DNA of 64,000 nucleotides. It comes from a virus (taxonomy: Duplodnaviria; Heunggongvirae; Uroviricota; Caudoviricetes). The stretch lies in IMG/VR virus record IMGVR_UViG_3300023371_000005. The stretch is one strand, 5' to 3'. This document shows positions 59,734 to 64,000 of this stretch, piece by piece (position 1 is the first letter of the stretch; every line of letters starts with the position of its first letter). The notes below the pieces were generated by a model. It was not told where the DNA came from and did no database searches. It was given only the letters and a program-made list of their open reading frames with translations. Both the position numbers and the translations under genes were made by a program.

Positions 59734-60786
59734 ATGAAATTTGGCGTTCGCGAAATTTGTGATGTCGTTCTAAAGGCAAAGGCCGCTCAGAAGGTTGGTA
59801 ATAAAGTCTTCTATAAGAATGAGCCTGTTATTTATTTCGACACTTTGAAGACTTCCAGCATGGAAGGTACTGCTACTACTTCTTACGCACAGGGCGGTCG
59901 TGGTAACTCTCGTCTAATCGCTTGGGAAGGTGAGAGAACTGTTACTTTCACTATGGAAGATGCATTGATCTCTCCCGCTGGCTTCATGATTCTATCTGGT
60001 GCTGGCTTGGTTGAGGCTACTTCTAAGAACACTCTAAAGGTTCACACTACTGAGCAGACTAATAAGGTTAGAGTTGAAGGTACTGAAGTTCAGATTGTTT
60101 TGACTCAAAAGCCTTACGTTGGTAAAATGAATGCTGATGGTGCTTTAGTTGGTGCTCATGAAGATTTAATTTATGTTATGAAGTTAGATAATGGCGAAGT
60201 TGCTACTGAACCATATATTCCTGATCACAATGCTGTTACCGCTGTTGTCTTTGATGAAGAGAGCGATTGGTATGCACCTATGGCTGATGGTACTTCTGAA
60301 GACGAGGCCGATGGTTGGATGATTGTATTGAATGGTGCCGCTGTCACTGGCGCAAGACCTTCTCGTGAAGCTAACCCTGGTTTTGATGAAGTAAATGTAT
60401 TTGCTAACGAAGATGTCGTATTGGTCGACTATTATGTTGAACACGCATCTGCCGCACAGCAGATTGAGATTACTCCCGACAAGTTCGGTGGTAACTACTA
60501 CTTAGAGGCTTCTACTCTATTCCGTGATACTAACGGTGTTGATATGCCTGCTGAGTTCATCATTCCTAACTGCAAGATTCAGTCTAACTTCACTTTCACC
60601 ATGGCTTCTTCTGGTGATCCATCTACTTTCACCTTCACCATGGACGCATTCCCAGACTACACTCGCTTCGATCCTACTAAGAAGGTTCTAGCTGCTATCC
60701 AGATCATCCAGACTGGTAACGCTGCTGAAGTCGGAGCACGTACTCGTACTTCTCACGATCCTGCTCACGAGAAGTATTTGATGTAA
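59734..60786 (+). CDS. Major tail (tube) protein
   Basis: 350 aa, biased codons, no TAG, followed by terminator 60808-60842. Confidence 0.7.
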   Translation: MKFGVREICDVVLKAKAAQKVGNKVFYKNEPVIYFDTLKTSSMEGTATTSYAQGGRGNSRLIAWEGERTVTFTMEDALISPAGFMILSGAGLVEATSKNTLKVHTTEQTNKVRVEGTEVQIVLTQKPYVGKMNADGALVGAHEDLIYVMKLDNGEVATEPYIPDHNAVTAVVFDEESDWYAPMADGTSEDEADGWMIVLNGAAVTGARPSREANPGFDEVNVFANEDVVLVDYYVEHASAAQQIEITPDKFGGNYYLEASTLFRDTNGVDMPAEFIIPNCKIQSNFTFTMASSGDPSTFTFTMDAFPDYTRFDPTKKVLAAIQIIQTGNAAEVGARTRTSHDPAHEKYLM

Positions 60787-60870
60787 TTTACAATTAAATA
60801 ACTTTTTAGGGGAGAGATAAGAAATTATCTCTCCCCTTTTTTGTTTTATCCGGAGAGAAAGGAGAAAATA

Positions 60871-62196
60871 ATGGGTATTGGTAGTGAATTTGCTAGAAGA
60901 AATATTATTGAAGGATATGCCGATAAAAATCCTTTTTGGGACCCTTATAGCGGAACTCCATAGTATTCTTTATTAAACCAAGTTTCAGTGCCAGATAACA
61001 CTGCAATTAGAAACTATTAGATTGCAAAAATTCGTGAATGTGAAAATGCAATAATGGATTCTAAATTTAAAAACTTAGATGGTTTGGGTAAAGAAAATTT
61101 TCAAACTGTAATAGATTCATTTGAAGGAGACGAAGCAGATAGAATCAATGAAATGATAGAGCACTTTGTCACGACAATGAATAGATTTTATTGGGCAAGT
61201 AAAGATGAATAGAAAAGTCAAAATGCATGGAAATATTTACAAAATGCTTTAAAAGCCTTAGAAAAATCATTAACTGAATTAATGACTGAATTAAACATTT
61301 CTTCTGTAAATGAATTTGGAAATCAAACTGTAATGGGAGCAACTCTTGAAAAAGTTCAAACTGCATTAAATGCTTGCGGCATTACTTCATTTGATAGTGG
61401 TGTTGTAAATGAATTTTTAAAAAATGTAAATCAAATGAAGGGTGATACATTAGAAGAATTAGGTGTTGCTTTTTTTAGAAAATTAAAGATCCCAAATATT
61501 GAAAGTATTCGTTTAGGTAGTGTTTATTTAAATACAGATGGTAGAAAAGGTAGACATAGAGGTTAGTTAATTCAAGACTTAATTGCTTTTGATATTACTA
61601 GTCCAGATATTTTAAATGATATAGAGGTTGAATATCGTCCAGTAGGATCTGATAAATATATAAAAGCTCCTTTGTCTAAATTATTTTAGGATATAGAAGC
61701 CGCCAATGGTCAAAATAAATAGATTTCAATCACAGATGAGACTTATGACGTACTTACTAATTTACAATCTATTAATATTCAGGCTAAGTCTGGTAAGAAT
61801 CAGTTGCCATGGAACTAGAATGCTTCTACAAGTGTTTCTATTGGCGAATATGGTGAAGATAATTTAGATATATCAGTACGAAGAACTTTTTAGTTATTGA
61901 GTACTTTAAATGATGCTGAAAATGAAAAATAGCCTTGGGTTGTAAAAGATAGCAGTCCTGACTACAATGCCTTAGCAAATTACGGTCTTGCTACTGTTAT
62001 GCATAAAGTTTTACATTTATCAGAAGAGGGCAACCAGTATGTTTTAACTCCTTACGGCTTTATGACATTCTCTAAAAGAATGGAACAGCTATTAAAAACT
62101 GAAAATTATATTGCTTTAATTCAAGGTAATGTTGTTCTAGAAGGCGATAAGACTATGACTGATAAGCGTAAGGTTGGTATTACCAAAGGAAATTAA
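60871..62196 (+). CDS. AT-rich hypothetical protein, possible nuclease fold (9 in-frame TAG)
   Basis: Continuous 441-aa frame with GAAAGGAG RBS; IQDLIAFD...NIQAKSG. Confidence 0.7.
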
Positions 62197-62199
62197 AAT

Positions 62200-62228
62200 T
62201 TGACTCGCTCAAATTTTTTTGATATAAT
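62200..62228 (+). promoter_or_regulatory. Internal sigma-A-type promoter
   Basis: TTGACT-17-TATAAT. Confidence 0.75.
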
Positions 62229-62258
62229 ATATAAAAAGAGATAAAGGAGTGTTTATAA

Positions 62259-62798
62259 ATGGCAAAAATTCCATTTTCTAAACTTGATATGAAAATCAAT
62301 TCTCGTGATTTTGTTATGTGTCACGAAAATTCAAAGGGAGAAGTTATCCAGTATGAAGTAAAAAACTATCTTCCTATTAAAGAAAAAATGGATTTAGTTT
62401 CTCGTATTATTAATCAGTCTACTGATGATAATGGTTTCTATAATCCTATGAGAGTAAAGTTATATACTACTTTAGAAATGGTATATACTTATACTAATTT
62501 AACTTTCACTCCAAAGCAGAAAGAAGATCCTTTTAAATTGTATGATTTATTAGTAAGTACCGGTTTATATAATGATATTACTAGTCATATTTGTACTGAA
62601 GATTTAGAGGAATTGGAAGGAAGTATTTGGGATACTATTAAAAGTATTTATAATTATCGTAATTCTGCTATGGGTATTTTAGAAAATATTACTGCAGATT
62701 ATAGTAATTTAAATTTAGATGCAACTGAAATTCAGAGTAAGTTAGCTGATCCAAATAATATGGCTTTATTAAAGGATGTATTGGCTAAATTGGGCTAA
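62259..62798 (+). CDS. Probable tail assembly chaperone
   Basis: Directly upstream of the tape measure gene. Confidence 0.55.
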   Translation: MAKIPFSKLDMKINSRDFVMCHENSKGEVIQYEVKNYLPIKEKMDLVSRIINQSTDDNGFYNPMRVKLYTTLEMVYTYTNLTFTPKQKEDPFKLYDLLVSTGLYNDITSHICTEDLEELEGSIWDTIKSIYNYRNSAMGILENITADYSNLNLDATEIQSKLADPNNMALLKDVLAKLG

Positions 62799-62922
62799 TT
62801 ACATTTATTAACCTATCTAGATTTTCAATCTATTTAGGAATAATCGCCGGTTAGATTATTTCAATCTAACCGGCTTATTTTTATTTTGCAAAATAAAAAT
62901 TGGAGAGAAAGGAGTATTTTAA

Positions 62923-64000
62923 ATGGCTAAACAGTTAAATGTAGATTTGCGATTTACGGCAAGTAATACACAAGCTAAACAGCAAATCCAAGATTTACAA
63001 AGTGCTTTAAATAATTTAATGACTACTGCAAGTAAAAATACCACAGGCCTTGGTATTACTAAAGATATAGCTTAGGCAACTAATGAAGTCGCTAAATTAT
63101 AGGCAATGTTAGAGTCTTCTAAAAATGCATCTGGTGGTTTAGATTTAGGTAAATTTAATCAGAGCTTAAGTTAGGGACAAACAAAAATTTCTGATTATGC
63201 CAGAACTCTAAGTTCTTTAGGTCCATAGGGAGATCAAGCTTTTGCTAAATTAGCAAAAGCAATTATTAACGCTGAAGTTCCTTTAAAAAGAACAAATAGT
63301 GTATTAAAAGAATTTAAAACTTCTCTTATGAATACTGCTAGATGGCAATTGTCTTCTAGTATGTTACATGGTTTTATGGGAGCGGTACAATCTGCCTATG
63401 GTTACGCGCAAGATTTAAATGAATCTTTAAATAATATTCGTATTGTTACTGGAGCAAATATTGATGAAATGTCACGATTTGCAAAAGAAGCTAATGCGGC
63501 AGCTTAGGCTTTAAGCACAACTACTACAGAATATACTAACGCTTCTTTGATTTTTTATCAATAGGGTTTAAGTGATGAAGAAGTTGCCAAGAGAACAGAA
63601 GTAACTGTAAAAATGGCAAATGCCGCAGGTGAAAGTGCTTAGAAAATTTCTGATCAATTAACTGCTGTTTGGAATAACTTCTATGACGGTTCCAAATCTT
63701 TGGAATATTATGCTGATGTTATGACTGCTCTTGGTGCAGCAACTGCATCTAGTACTGATGAAATTGCAGGCGGTTTAGAAAAGTTTGCGGCAATTGGTTA
63801 GACTATTGGTTTAAGTTATGAATATGCTGCTTCTGCATTAGCAACTATTACTTCTAACACTCGTCAAAGTGAAGAAGTTGTTGGTACTGCATTAAAAACT
63901 ATTTTTGCACGTATTCAAGGTTTAAATTTAGGTGAAACTCTTGAAGATGGAACTTCTTTAAATAAATATTCAGAAGCTTTATCAAAAATTGGAATTAGCA
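62923..64000 (+). CDS. Tape measure protein, 5' part (8 in-frame TAG within the window)
   Basis: Ala/Ser/Gln-rich; LNNIRIVTG, IFYQ[Q]GLSD, VGTALKTIFARIQ; absent from the ORF track. Confidence 0.85.

Noticed and set aside
48503-64000. Late genes as pseudogenes or sequencing errors
   Set aside because: Every break is an in-frame TAG with no frameshifts, and motifs continue across the breaks

Overview
Part of a large tailed dsDNA phage genome; sigma-A-type promoters and AGGAGG RBSs suggest a Firmicutes (probably Clostridia-like) host. It appears to read TAG as Gln (genetic code 15): terminase, portal, neck, tape-measure and a few other genes are broken only by in-frame TAGs. Layout: (1) 1-10.7 kb, minus-strand RNA cluster with 27 complete CCA-ending tRNAs (two with unusual A34 anticodons), a ~620-nt ROOL-like RNA, and eight copies of a covarying 'wrapper' motif (WAGRCNN-NN-ACAGCRA...NNGYCUW-G). 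The wrappers enclose circularly permuted tRNAs, whole tRNAs or lone anticodon arms; this is the best candidate for an undescribed system. (2) 10.7-27 kb, minus-strand early/middle genes. (3) 27-29 kb, plus-strand island with an RHH protein, an initiator-like gene and a TTGCAA array (candidate origin). (4) 29-43.6 kb, GC-richer, largely monocistronic early cassettes interspersed with a repeated promoter/GC-hairpin/terminator element, ending in an A-tract-depleted zone that may mark a genome end. (5) 43.9-46 kb, folD and neighbours. (6) 46.2-64 kb, plus-strand packaging/head/tail operon. No amber suppressor tRNA (CUA) is visible, but the array runs off the left edge. All calls are by eye; no searches were run.
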